Part shown: piece after piece, positions 26,748 to 40,068 of the stretch | Numbering within the stretch: position 1 is the first letter of the stretch | Layout of the letters: every line of letters begins with the position of its first letter | Assembly (NCBI GenBank): GCA_951406725.2 | Contig: OX597820.1 | Coordinates: 104,222,001 to 104,286,000, forward strand | From: Octopus vulgaris | Lineage: Eukaryota | Reading direction: 5' to 3' | DNA: 64,000 nt | Made by a program: the position numbers and the translations under genes | The notes under the pieces: generated by a model | The model's input: the letters and a program-made list of their open reading frames with translations, nothing else | Told to the model about the DNA's origin: nothing | The model's database searches: none

Positions 26748-28886
26748 AGAACTTGACAGATGTACAACCAAACCATAACAGAAAGAGTAAGAAGAATTAA
26801 AATATGAATAATTAATGATTAAAATGATTAATGATTAATGATTAAAATATGAATGATCAAATGATAAATTTTTTTTTTTAAAAAAACATCCTGTAAAAAC
26901 TGTATCAAGTGTTTTTTTGGAAAGACCTCTTAAACAACTAATACTTTAAGTGCTTTTGGAAAACCATTTTGCAATACTGCTCTTTTAAGTGTCATCATTA
27001 CAAAAGCAGTATTTAGGATTTTATGTTTTCCCATACTACCAACCCTATTTAGTGACCTTCAAATTTTGATACTTGTTTGAATTGTAGCAACCATAGTCAT
27101 GTGACTTTTCTTTTATCATTATTGTTACGAGCAAAACGCACCCCCTCCCACCGTCTAATGGACGGTGCTGAGTTGTCAAACATTTAAACCAAAATTTCTC
27201 AAAACAACTTGTCTGACCATCCCATAGGCCTCCCCTTTGAGAAACACTGATTTAACCTAAATTTGAGACACCAGCAAAAGAAGAAATAAAGACAGACTTT
27301 CTTTCCATTCCAAAGAAAAACAATTTCCCACGGCTTTATCGATCGCATTCTCACCTGGAATTGATTTTTGTAATTTTTTCAAGACTTATACATGCCCTGA
27401 TACCATCGGTATCTACATATCAAATATGAGCACAATCGGATGGAGGATGCCCGAGATCCGAGAAGCACCACACAGACAGACAGAACAGATTTTATATAAG
27501 AGATTATTTGTTAGAAATACATTTGATCTGTCTGTGTTTAATCCCTTGATTATTCCCCTTATCAATCTACCTCTCTTCCTTCACTCTTTAGCACTTTGCC
27601 TCTTTTCTGACATCACTCCTGTTACTGTACCTTTTCTAGCTTGACTAATGAATTATGCTGACTGTTCTAACCATATTCATGTACTCCGCCTCCTCCACTA
27701 CAATCACTCTACATTACCACCAATCATCATCATTCTCTTTCCCCTTCTGACTCCTTTTTGACATCTACCACTCTCACCTATCATAGGTCACCTCTATTGC
27801 TATACTCTCATTCTCTTTTACCACCATCAGCCTTTATTACTATCCCATTACATTGTTCATGCCAGTTTTCGGTCTGGTCTCTTTGCTAACCATCAACACA
27901 AAGCTATCACCGTCTCTCTTCTATTACTTCCTGTGCCCATTGTTATTATTCTGTGTTACACATTCATATCTATGTGTATACGTAGGTATACGTGTGTAGA
28001 ATACATCCCATCACTGCCACCATGTTATGTGTAGTTTCATTCTTGATGGGTGATAGACAACTCAAATGAAGGCATTGTTATTGTTTTACGTGTTTATTTG
28101 CTTTACATGTTACACGAACTGTCAACATTCAGCGTAGTAATACATATATACTTTAGACACAGTTCGTACTGTTTATTAACAAAATAGTGCCAAAAGTGGG
28201 GATGTATTCTACACATGTATACCTATGTATACACATTCTGCTTACTTATCTCACTCATTCAAATTCCTTGTATTCACTTGCTTGGTCACCACCACCACCG
28301 CAACCACCATTCTCCTTTTCTCTCTCTCTCCATTCACCCTCTCTCTTGGTCATATATTCTTTAAAAAGAAAAACAGTGACAATATAGACTAGAGAAGACT
28401 TCAGTCTTATATGGAACACGTAATAAGATCTCTGCTATTGCCATGATAAAATGCACTCGCTAGTTGACAGGTGATTGGAGATAATGCAAGAAGTTTGCTT
28501 CCAAAACATATGGACCTGAGTTCAGCCCCACTATGTGGCACTTTATGGACCAACTGAAGCTTTGTGAGTGGATTTGGCAGATGGAGACAGAAAGAGGCCC
28601 ATAGCGTGCGTGTGTGTGTGTGTTACTGTCTCCTAGCCTTGATTAACTTCATAAGATAGCTGTAACCGAATGTCACTGTCATGCAAGTGGTGCCTTTCAC
28701 ACCCCAATCTTCCATGAAGACATACGTCTGGTCAAGTGAGGTTTGGCAACAGGAAGAGCATCCAGCTGTAGAAAATACACCTCAATAAAACTTCATCATA
28801 CCTATGCAAGCATGGAAGAGTGGGTGTTAAAAGATGGCAATGAAAAATTATAATAGTGTAGACAGCTAAGACAGACAATCCAGATT

Positions 28887-29163
28887 GTATGGAAGAGGAA
28901 GGAATGGGAAAATGTTTTCATTGTCTAATCTGTTCTTGATTAAAAAGATGTAATTAATTAGTGCAATGAAATATTTTATTGTCATTGTGTCATGTTTTTT
29001 ATGATTTCTAAGCCGTTTATTTCACATATAAATAGAATAATGTTTGGTGATGCAACAAGGCAAACAATAATATTGAAAAGTATGAAAAGCAAAGTTGACT
29101 GACAGAATTTGAACTTAGAACATAGGCAATGCTAATGGTTCTGCTAGCTTGTTACCTTTATCA
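28887..29163. repeat. Right arm of a ~280-bp inverted duplication
   Basis: Near-identical reverse complement of 26467-26747, with few substitutions and small indels. Confidence 0.92.
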
Positions 29164-29909
29164 CATACTCAGGTTCCTCTTTTTAAGTTCTGAATTCTAA
29201 CCCCACTGGTACTGGCTTTATCTTTCATCCTCCTAGGGACAATAAAATAAATTCTAGCAAGACAGGTAACATACTGGGAGATGGAACCTGTTCTCCATTC
29301 CTTACAAAAACTGACCTGATGCCTAATGAAATTAAATCAATATTTATTACCAAAGGAAATCTCATAAATGATTCTTGTCAGTGACACACTTCATAAAAAC
29401 ATACTTCGTAAGTATAATAACAATAATTGTGACAGACTTAAAGTGCTAGCAATCAAATCAACATGTGATAGCAATAATTACAGACAAGTCCAAAGGATTT
29501 CCGGTTTTTTAAAGTCTATAATAGTTTCTGTTGCTATTTTAATAGGTCAATAGCTACAATATAGAATTTATATCTTAAAATTCAGGTCATTTAACTGTTG
29601 ACATGCTTGAAATTAAACTGGAAATGTGTTTAAAGAGGTGGATACTTTATGATGATGATGATGAGGATGATGATGAAGATGATGACAACAGAAAAACAAC
29701 CACTAGTCTGTGTTTGTTTATCTTAAATCCATGCTGGTATAGGCTGGGTTGAAACAGATACATAATACTCAGGCCAAGGTCTGTAATAAGTTGATCTTAG
29801 TATCTGTAATAAGTTGATATGTCTTAATAAAGTCCTGTGTTCTAAAACATACACAACCCATGACTTTAATTTTTTGTTTCCTCTTTTCCTTGATATGTAT
29901 TTATGTATC

Positions 29910-30308
29910 ATCGTGGCCGTTGCCAGCGCCGCCCCAACTGGCCTCCGTGCCGGTGGCACATAAAAAGCACCATCCAATCATGGCCGTTGCCAGCCTTGCC
30001 TGGCCCCCGCACCACCTGACCGTGGCCGTTGCCAGCGCCGCCCCGACTGGCCTCCATGCCAGTGGCACGTAAAAAGCATCATCCGTCCGTGGCCGTTTGC
30101 CAACCCCGTCTGGCACCTGTGCTGGTGGCACGTAAAAAGCACCCACTACACTCACAGAGTGGTTGACGTTAGGAAGGGCATTCAGCTGTAGAAACATTGC
30201 CAGATCAGACTGGGCCTGGTGCAGCCTTCTGGCTTCCCAGACCCCAGTTGAACCGTCCAACCCATGCTAGCATGGAAAGCGGACGCTAAATGATGATGAT
30301 GATGATGT
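29910..30308 (+). mobile_element. LINE/SINE 3' module with tandem gtgcc.gtggcacgtaaaaagcacc units and (GAT)n tail
   Basis: Three related units followed by the shared tail. Confidence 0.85.
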
Positions 30309-31271
30309 ATCATAAGCTGGCTCTGTTGAAACATGTAGTGCAGCAGAGGTGTTTTCCTTATGTTGTATTACAACCTGTGTGGAGTGGGGGTGCTTTCCTT
30401 ACATTGTATTACAAAGGTTGGCAAGAATTATAGCTAACCATGAAAATGTCAGCATAAGGTTTATTTGTCTCAAAATAGCATTACTACACTATGCTAACTG
30501 ATACTTGTGCCAATGAAGGAGTCTTCACATGTGGTTGTGCTTAGACCACAATGTCTTAACCCTTTTGTTACCATATTTCTGTCAAAACACACTGCCTTTT
30601 AAGTTCTAGAATAACAAAGAATTTAGAAAATAATTGTCATAATTAAGCTGATGTCTGGATAATAAATTGATATAAAATTTTGATGGAAGGTTTTAATTCA
30701 GATCACTTTAACTCTTTAGACTTCAGATTATTCTGTTAAATGTAATGCTTATTCATTCACATTGGTTTTAATTAATTGTGAATTATCGCAGTGTTTTGAG
30801 ATTGCAATGACACGATTGTTTATTTTTAGAATGACATTGTAGAGTAGGTGTAAGAGGCTGGACCTGGCCAGTTTGAACAAACAAAAAAAAAAAAGCAGAT
30901 AGAATATTTGGGCTGGATATGGCTGGCTTGAATGCTAAAGGTTTAAAATAGAAAGCTTCTATTATAGAACTAGGAATGGTCAGTATCAAAAGGGAACAAC
31001 ACATTGCACAGTAATGACTGAGATACATTATATCTAAATAGCAACAAAGGCTTGCCTCTGTTTATTTTTGCTTGATCATATGTTGACCTTACGTTAAACA
31101 ATAATTGACACATATTTTATGAACCATCAACCCACATTTACTTGAAACAAGATTTTAAAATGAAATACAGAAGTAAAACAAATAATAACAAAGACAGAGA
31201 GCTTGTAATAATGTGTAAAAGAAAAGTTAATTAACCATAGCACTCAAGCATTTTAATTTCTCTGTCAAATA

Positions 31272-31744
31272 CAGTGAGCCCTTGCTACTTCGCGGTTCAA
31301 CTATTGCGGATTCATGACTTTACGGATTTTAAAAATATATATATATATGAACGCCTAAACTTTTTCATTAAATCCATTAAAATATTAATAATAAATATTA
31401 CTTCCTAGTCTAGGAACAACAAAACAAGTGTAAAATAGGAAAAAAGCATGTACAGGGATATTTAAACTTATGACGGGCTGTGATTGGTGCAATGGAGAGA
31501 GACAATGAATCACAGCTTTCTATTTAGTAATCTGGCCTGTGTAACAGTAACAATCTTTATTTTTTTAAATCTAAAGTGTTATTGCTTAACAGTTGTCCTT
31601 GTTATTAATAGACTACTGTAATGGGTGGGTTGTTAACAGTACGGGGAGGGTTTTAAAAGTCCAAATACTTGTTAAATAAATACTGTAAATATGGTGTCCC
31701 TACTTCGCGGAAATTCAGTTATCACAGCCGGTCTTCGATCACTG
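31272..31744. mobile_element. Tigger/pogo-like MITE nested in a TTAA-flanked MITE
   Basis: TA|CAGTG...CACTG|TA termini with repeated ctacttcgcgg; it interrupts a family also present at 30709-30945 and 32055-32252. Confidence 0.75.
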
Positions 31745-32263
31745 TATAATGCTTATTTATTCACATTGTTTCGAATTAACCACACATTGTCTCATAGCTT
31801 CAAGATTTTATTGATGCGATTGTTTATTTTTAGAATGATATTGTAGGGTAGGTGAGAGAGGCTGGATATGGTCAGTTTGAACATAAGACAGGCAGAATAT
31901 TTGTACCAGATATGGCTGGTTTAAACGCTTAAGAGTTAATATATTTCAGGCACAAAGGTCCCTCATCCTGCAAAGCTGATTCAAGCAGGAACTGCATAAA
32001 CTTGTATTTCCAAGCAATTCACTTCTGACGATGGGCCTTTATGCCTGAAATATATAAACCCTTTAGCATTCAGATTAGTCTGTCTAATGCTTATTTATTC
32101 ACTCTGTTTTGAATTAATCATTCATTATTTTGCAGTTTTGAGATTTTCAAGATGAGACGGTTTATTTTTAAAACGACATTGTTGTGTTGGTGCGAGAGGC
32201 CACATCTGGGTAGTTTGAACAAAAACAGAATATTTTGTGCTAAAGAGGTAAAGGTTGTTTCAC

Positions 32264-32423
32264 AACCAAATATTAGAATACCATTCATTTACGTTTGTAT
32301 TCACAGCTTGTTGAGTCAATTAAGTAACCACAATACTCATCTTAAAAAAATAGAGTTCAATACTTAATTGACTCAACAAGCTGTGAATACAAACGTAAAT
32401 GAATGGTATTCTAATATTTGGTT
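32264..32423. repeat. Perfect 63-bp inverted repeat with 34-nt spacer
   Basis: 32264-32326 is the exact reverse complement of 32361-32423. Confidence 0.97.
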
Positions 32424-32699
32424 AACTGAAAAAAGTGAGTTTGAATATCTGTCCCAGCTGATATAGCAGTAGATCAGTTGATCATATATTATTACTAGTG
32501 CTACTCTGTGTATGTGGCTAAGATGCTTACATCACAATAGCACAGACTCCTTAGCTATAAACTGATTGTCAGTCCATGAGACAAGAGAATGTGAAAGTCT
32601 CCACATAGCTGCTTGACCTCCTAGAAATAACAATCAAATTTGCCTCAAACCACTGCCCATACCATAGAGCTTCCTAGATTTTTCACAAATCAAAATCAA

Positions 32700-33203
32700 A
32701 TTCGACGACTGCTAGCGGGGTGCAAAGAGCACCATATGAGTGTGATTGTTGACAGAGCGGCTAACCAGCTTCCGTGCCAGTGGCATTTAAAAGGCACCAT
32801 TTGAGCGTGATCGTTACCAGCATCGCCTTACTGGCACTCGAGCCCCGTGCTAGTAGGGCATTAAGAGCACCATCCGAGCATAATTGTTGCCAGAGCGGCT
32901 ATCTGGCCTCCGTGCCGGTGGCACATAAAAGACTCCATTCAAGCGTGATCTTTACCAGCATCGCCTTACTGGCACCTGTGCCGGTGGCATGTGTAAAAGA
33001 TTCGAGCGAGGTTGTTGCCAGTACCGCCTGACTGGCACGTAAAAGCACCCACTACACTCTCAGAGTGGTTGACGTTAGGAAGGGCATCCAGCTGTAGAAA
33101 CTCTGCCAGATCAAGATTGAAGCCTGGTGCAGCCATCTGGTTCGCCAGCCCTCAGTCATTCGTCCAACCCATGTTAGCATGGAAAGCGGACGTTAAACGA
33201 TGA
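32700..33203 (+). mobile_element. LINE/SINE 3' module with tandem GC-rich units
   Basis: Repeated ccgtgcc.gtggca and gcgtgatc.ttaccagcatcgccttactggcac units, then the shared tail. Confidence 0.85.
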
Positions 33204-36200
33204 CATGTTTTAAAAATGAAATTGTTTTGACACTTGAACTTTTATAGTAGTCCTTTTGTGGTAGATCCATTCTATCTCCTACTGGTTCACCTCTACTAAT
33301 TTAGGTGTCAAAGACACCAAGTAGTGAAGTCTATTTTGTTACAAGTACTTAAGTCAAGTCTTCCTCCCTCCCATCAGTCACAGAGGCCTGGTAAAGTTTC
33401 ATATGCATTTCTTTTTACTTCAAGCTAAAAGATTAAAAAGAAAAATTAAATATGACTCATCACAAGTGCTGGTGAAAAGAAAATCCAGTACGCCCTGAAA
33501 TATTTGGTCATTTAAAAAATTTTGATTAACATTAGGAACATTTATACACCCATACCAGTCAGTGTTTTCTAATCTAGGTTCATCTTCGTTATCATGGTCA
33601 GTGGTCAGTAATGATGAATTGGATTCTTCCAAATTTAATTTTTCTGGTTCAAATCAATATGGTGCAATATGTTGGACTTCATCATTGGTGTCGTCAAAAG
33701 ATGACTCTTCAAAAGACAAACGAAGGCCAATATGCACTGAAGAAGGGATGACATGCTCCCATCGCTTGTATGACCCATTTTGAAACTGGTGTATTGTGAC
33801 ATCATGCACCAATTTTGCTATTGGTAGCAAAACCAGAAGTTGTGATGATTGTTTGAGTGCAGGTGCTAGAATTGTTAACTTTAATGATGAATATCTCAAT
33901 TAAGGCGGGTATGATTGAAATTCTTTTAATTGATTGGTTTTATTCATAACACCAACACATATTATGGGTTCCCAAATACTTTAAAACATAAGTATTGGGA
34001 TTGATTTATTTGACTAAACACTTCAAGGCGGTGCCCCAGTATGGCCACAGTTCTAACATTGAAACAAGAAAAAGATGAAAATATATTTTCTAATTTTAAT
34101 TCTGACTAACTATTATTCAAGTAAATTCAGAAGAACTTTGTATCCATTTTAAATATAATTTTGCTTCTTTCATTTTCTTTTTGGATATTGTCAGTCCACA
34201 CTTAAATCACATATATTGCAGACATGTTGCAACAGAAAGCCTTCTGTATAGCATGAGGAAGTTGCTATCCAAGCCCTCAACACATTCTGAAAACATTAAT
34301 TTATGTGAATTGCATAATAGTTTTTTTTGTCTGTCTGGTCACTAACACTTTCCTGAACATATTTCTTTAACACATAATCATCATCACCACTATCATCATC
34401 AGTTTAATGTCTGCTTTCTGTTTGCATGTGTCAAACAAGGTTACATTGAGGTACAGTTCTCTGTGGCCAGATGCCCTTCATGATGCCAACAACCACATAT
34501 TTCCAAACATGACAAATTTCCTTGTTCACTGAACAGCAAGAAACCAAGACACTGTCACACAAAGAACAAGAAACAATTGATATTGTATGAACAAGCTTTT
34601 TGTTTACCAAGATCATACAACATGAAAATGAAGTGCCTTGTAACAAGAATTTGAATGCATTTTCAAACAGGAAAAAGTACATTAATTGAAAAAGCTCTTT
34701 CTTAGCTAGGATTTTATTATTAGATTGAACATATTTCTATAAAAAGAAATTTGATGTATTTTAATTCAAATACAGCCAGGCATCATTTGCAAGTACTACA
34801 CTTTCATTGTTTTTGATACTTATGTAGTCACAGCTCCTAAAAATAGGCATAGGCACTCTCTAGGACTCCTCATTCTTAACCCCAGTATAACATCCAGGAT
34901 GTGACAGATGGCAGACAAGATAAAGGACTGCACCAGCACTTGGCGGATACTCATTATAGTCGAGTAGATTGGAATAATGTGACATGAAGTACTTAGCTTA
35001 AGGACACAATGAATCACCTACCTGAATTGAACCTAGGATCTTACAATCAAGATATGAACACCCTAACCCTTAGGCCACATGCCTTTGTTATATTTAATTA
35101 AACAGACATGATGACTGAAATTAATTGGATGGGTAAATTTCCCAAAAGCCATTGTGTTGTCCCAAGAGCAAATTGCAAAACTGTACCTTCATAGTTTGCC
35201 TGACTGAGAAAAGAAAGTTCTACATTTATATCCTTTGTCTTTTAGCCAATACATGAGAACTTCAGTCAACAAATTTAATTTGTTCCTGAAAGCCGTTCAC
35301 CACCCGAAATGTTTGTGAACTGAAACTATTTTTCCCATAAAAAACACAGGAGAAAGCACAGTGAATTTGAGTAGGGATGTGCCAGGCATGATCCCAGGAA
35401 TTTTTCAAAAGGAGGGCACAAGGTCAGAAGGGAATACAATTCCAGGCCCGAAAATTTTGGGGGAGGGAGCTAGTCAATTAGATTGACACCAGTACACAAC
35501 TGGTACTTAATTTATCGACCCGAAAGGATGAAAGGCAACCTCAGTAGAATTCGAACTCAGACAATAAAGACAGACAGAATACCTATTTCTTCACTACCCA
35601 CAAGGGGCTAAATACAGAGAGGACAAACAAGGACAGACAAACGGATTAAGTCGATTATATCGACCCCAGTGCTTAACTGGTACCTATTTAATTGGCCCCA
35701 AAAGGATGAAAGGCAAAATCGACCTCGGCGGAATTTGAACTCAGAACGTAGCGGCAGATGAAATACTGCTAAGCATTTTGCCCAGCATGCTAACGTTTCT
35801 GCCAGCTTGCTGCCTTATCATTGAAATCTCAAAGCTACAGCATAATACATGATTAATTTTAGACATTATATTTGATAGAAAAATCTGAATGTTAAAAGGT
35901 TAAACATCATAATTATGGGGGTCCACGAGAATAAAATAATCAAAGGGGTAAAAAATGGTTGAGAACCCCCTAGGTTAGAGAATGAAACGAGACTACTATC
36001 AGCAATAGGATTACACCAAGTCAGACTACATTTCTAATGAGTGGTAGGTTGAACTCAGAACTTCCATACAAGAAAGTGACAAGTATGAAAACCAATACAA
36101 AAGATGTCTCTTTCCAAATCTTATTGACAGTTCATTGTGTGAACACAGTTTGAATCAGTCATGAGACCAATCAGCAGGCATGGTACATAGACTGAAATGT

Positions 36201-36569
36201 GATTCATCAACAAATATAGAGTACAGCTGACTTTTACTGAAAATTACTGGGATTGGTTAACCTAATATAATTAGCAGTGAATCTCTATCCCACTCTCCCT
36301 CTGTGATTGCCTGCACCTTTGACATAAATATCAAAAGCATTATCTGCTAGGGTACTTTCACCCTGTCTGACTTTCACAGAAATATCAAGATTAAATTAGA
36401 AGAATTGTAAGTTTCACTATATATTTCTTGGAAAGTGCATGTCTCTAGTTAGTGTACTACTGACCGGAATTTATATAAGTTTAATTGGCCAATGTTTAAA
36501 TGGGATATATATATATATACTCTTATACTTGTTTTAGTCATTTGACTGTGGCCATGCTAGGGCACCACC

Positions 36570-36618
<49 letters not shown>

Positions 36619-36621
<3 letters not shown>

Positions 36622-36816
36622 ATCCAAACAAGAAAGCACAAAAAAACACAACGCGAGGACGTGGAACAAATATAGTATTATTGGACGCTCAGGAAAGAAG
36701 GAGGGTTTAACGTTTCGAGCAGAGCTCTTCATCAGAAACATAGGAGAAGGAAAGATCCAGAGAAGGGAAGACAGAGGAAAAAAATCGCCAACGGTACACA
36801 CGCGGTCACATTTTGA
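36619..36816 (-). mobile_element. Penelope-like pseudo-LTR fragment in (TA)n
   Basis: About 200-bp element between TA tracts carrying a minimal hammerhead motif. Confidence 0.7.
36705..36739 (-). ncRNA. Minimal type I hammerhead ribozyme motif (PLE-type)
   Basis: Minus strand: gttt CTGATGA a gagc tct gctc GAAA cg TT aaac. Stem I gttt/aaac, stem II gagc/gctc, palindromic ACGT stem III, GUU triplet. Confidence 0.8.
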
Positions 36817-36835
36817 ATATATATATATATATATA

Positions 36836-37224
36836 AGCAACAGGTGTGGCTGTGTGGTAAGGAGATTGGTTTCCAACCACATGGTTCTGGGTTCAGTCCT
36901 GTGTGGCACCTTGGTCAAGTGTCTTCTACTACAGCCTCAGACCGACTGAAGTCCTGTGAGTGGATTTGGTAAACGGAAACTGAAAGAAGCCTGTTGTGCA
37001 TATATATATTTATGTGCGTGTCTTTGTGTCTGTCCCCCTCCCCCACGACCACTGCTTGACAACTGATGTTGGTGTGTTTATGACCCCGGAACTTACCAGT
37101 TTGGCAAAAGAGACCAATAGAATAAGTACTAGGCTTACAAAGAATAAGTCCTGGGGTTGATTTCTTTGACTAAAGGTGGTGCTCCAGCATGGCCGCAGTC
37201 AAATGACTGAAACATGTAAAAGAG
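36836..37224 (+). mobile_element. Full-length SINE family A
   Basis: Collinear with 9276-9682. Confidence 0.9.
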
Positions 37225-37878
37225 TATATATGTGTGTATATATATATATACATCCTTACTTTATTAGCGTTAGCTTGAGAGCTGAGGCCATGCTGCAGCA
37301 CTCATCATTATTTTAACATATACTTGTCAACTTTTCCATGCTTGCATGGGTCAGATAGAATTCATTGAGGCTGATCTATTTCATGTACTGGAAGGTACCT
37401 GTGGAAAGTGCATGAATCATAAATATTTAGTTTAATTACTTAAGGTAATTAGCATTGAAAGGGATTAATTGAATAAAAGACATGTTACTTTTTATAAATA
37501 ATAACATAACCCATGCCAGCATGGAAAACAAACGTTTATCGATGATGATGATGATGATGATATATATATATATATATATAGTTCCAGGTTCAGTCTCACT
37601 GATTGGCACCTTGGGCTTGGGCCAACCAAAGCCTTGTGAGTAGATTTGGAAGATAGAAACTGAAAGAAGCCCATCTGTGTTTGTCTGTGTATGTCTTTGC
37701 GTTGGTGTTTGAACTCCACCACCATCACTTGACAACCAGTGTTGGTGTGTTTACATCCCTGTAACTTAGCAGTTTGGCAAAAGAGGCTGATAGAATAAGT
37801 TTCATTTGACTAAAATCCTTCAAGGCAATGTCCCATAATGGTCACAGTTTAATGACTGAAACAAGTAAAAGATAAAGG

Positions 37879-37915
<37 letters not shown>

Positions 37916-37917
<2 letters not shown>

Positions 37918-38499
37918 GTAATCACTTGATTATTGTGGGTGTTACGTTCCAAAACCCCTGTGATAAGTGAAAATCTGCGATGTTGAAACAGTACTGTACT
38001 GTATAATTTTTGAAACTATTTTTATAATTTGTATATGTTTATCTCTATATATATAAACGGCAAAATGTCTGTGTGTGTCCTTTATACAAATCCACAATTT
38101 TTCAGTTAGAGGGCTCTCACTTTGTATGGTCATTCAAAACTGTCCAAGGGTGGTCGCGCACATCTTTACATTTCCCCAGTCACCCTGCAAAGCCATTAAA
38201 AAATCAATAGAAGTGACTTTTTTGTGAATTTTCTATCCAAAACCCAATCAAAATGCCCGAAACTTGATACGCCAATTGAATGCCAGCTAGCTGTATGTGA
38301 TTGGTCGGAGATTTGGACAGTACTAGCGTGTATGTGCGCATGCACACAGCTGTATATGCATGCACTAGCACTATGACTCGGCAACGCTGGGTCATAGTGC
38401 TAGTTTTATTATAAATGCAAAACAACACCACGGAGGAATCGATATAAGCTTAAACAATAAACCACCATAAGTGAACTGTAATATGGCAAAAGATTACTG
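37916..38499. mobile_element. Tigger/pogo-like MITE interrupted by a Helitron
   Basis: cagtaatc...gattactg termini; Helitron inserted internally. Confidence 0.7.
38042..38403 (+). mobile_element. Non-autonomous Helitron (copy 2)
   Basis: A|TC start, high identity to 11780-12151, terminal hairpin and CTAG|T. Confidence 0.9.
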
Positions 38500-38769
38500 C
38501 GTGTATATATATATATATATTCTGGTTTAGCCATAAGATGACATGATCCCACTGGCTGGGTGGACAGGCCGACATTTTATTGGATGGTCGTTGACTGTTC
38601 AGGAGTTCATCCGCCCTTTGATGGGTCTTATTTTTCCTCCCACAGGGTGTCCAACAACACCCTCCTCACCAAGCGAGCCTGGTGGGGTTGTCAGTTTAGT
38701 CACCGACAACCCGACCATGCAACAGGTTGTACTGGAATACATGTTACCAGTAGCACTCTAGAGCGACCT

Positions 38770-38809
<40 letters not shown>

Positions 38810-39843
38810 TGTGTGTGTATATATATATATACATACACACACATATATATATATACATACATACACACAAACATACATATATGTGCTTGATAACTGGTGT
38901 TGGCTTGTTTATGTCCCTGTAACTTAGCAGTGCTGCCAAAGAAACTTATAGTATAAGTAATGGTCTTTAAAAATAAGTAATGGAGTTGATTTGTTCTACT
39001 AAAACCCTTTAAGGTGATGTCCCAGCCATAGTCCAGGTAGTGAAACAAGTAAAAGATATAGTCTTTTATTGAATATATAACTTAAAATAATGTTTGCCTC
39101 AGGTAATTAACAATTAAACTGAACATTAATGATTTGTGCTTTTTCCACAGGTACCCACTAGTAAATGAAATAAATTCTGCATACAGTTGTAGTCGTGGGC
39201 AGTCACAATTGATCACACAGAGGCCAGCAATTCAGAAGCCATTTAAACATGGCAATTCGTTAAAGCACAAACATAAAACATAATAATGTGATTTCTACAT
39301 GTACATTACTGAAAAGACAAGATGACACAACATAATAACAGGGACAATTTATAAGAAGAAACCATAAACCCAGTGCATCATTCCAAAGACTCTTGTTTAT
39401 AATTTATGTAATTCCAATATTCCTGTGAAGGTGGTGGTTATAGAGACCACTGTAGGAACCATTTTTATCTATCTACTAACACTGCACTCCAGAACTTAAT
39501 CCTAAACTCACCATACTAATTCCTCGTTGTCTATGGAAGATATACTTTGACAGTTGGAAGTATACCACGTTGGGTCTCATTGCAAAGAAAACAACTTCTA
39601 TGGTCCGGGCCAACTATCTTATCATTATTCTCACTTCAACATCTTTAAGGTCATGGAGACAACCATTGACAATGATGTTCTCTTGTCAACTGAAATCTCT
39701 CTCTCTCCCCAGTGACTACAAGTATAGCTTCCAAAGAACCAAATTCACTAGAGTTCTACATTCACCAGTGGGTGTTTGCTCTAACCCGTTTGATAACAAT
39801 CAGTCAAAAACTGCTCCTGATCCTATCAATCAAACTTCCTGTT

Positions 39844-40068
39844 TTAACCCTTTCGTTACCAACCCGGCTGAAACCGACTCTGGCTCTGAGTACAAATGTC
39901 TTGTTTTCATAAGTTTTGAATTAAACTCTTCCACCAAACCTTAGTCACAATTTATGTTCCTAACACTAGCTGAATGATAAAGTTATTTTACTAAATTATT
40001 TGCTATATTTAAAGTAATTGAAAGAAACACAGAACATCTCAACAGAAATACGGTAACGAAAGGCTTAA
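39844..40068. mobile_element. TTAA-flanked (piggyBac-like) MITE
   Basis: ttaaccctttcgttacc...ggtaacgaaaggcttaa; relatives at 22250-22476 and about 30556. Confidence 0.75.

Noticed and set aside
39103-39150. Short gt...ag intron-like segment on the plus strand
   Set aside because: No open reading frame or recognisable protein on either side.
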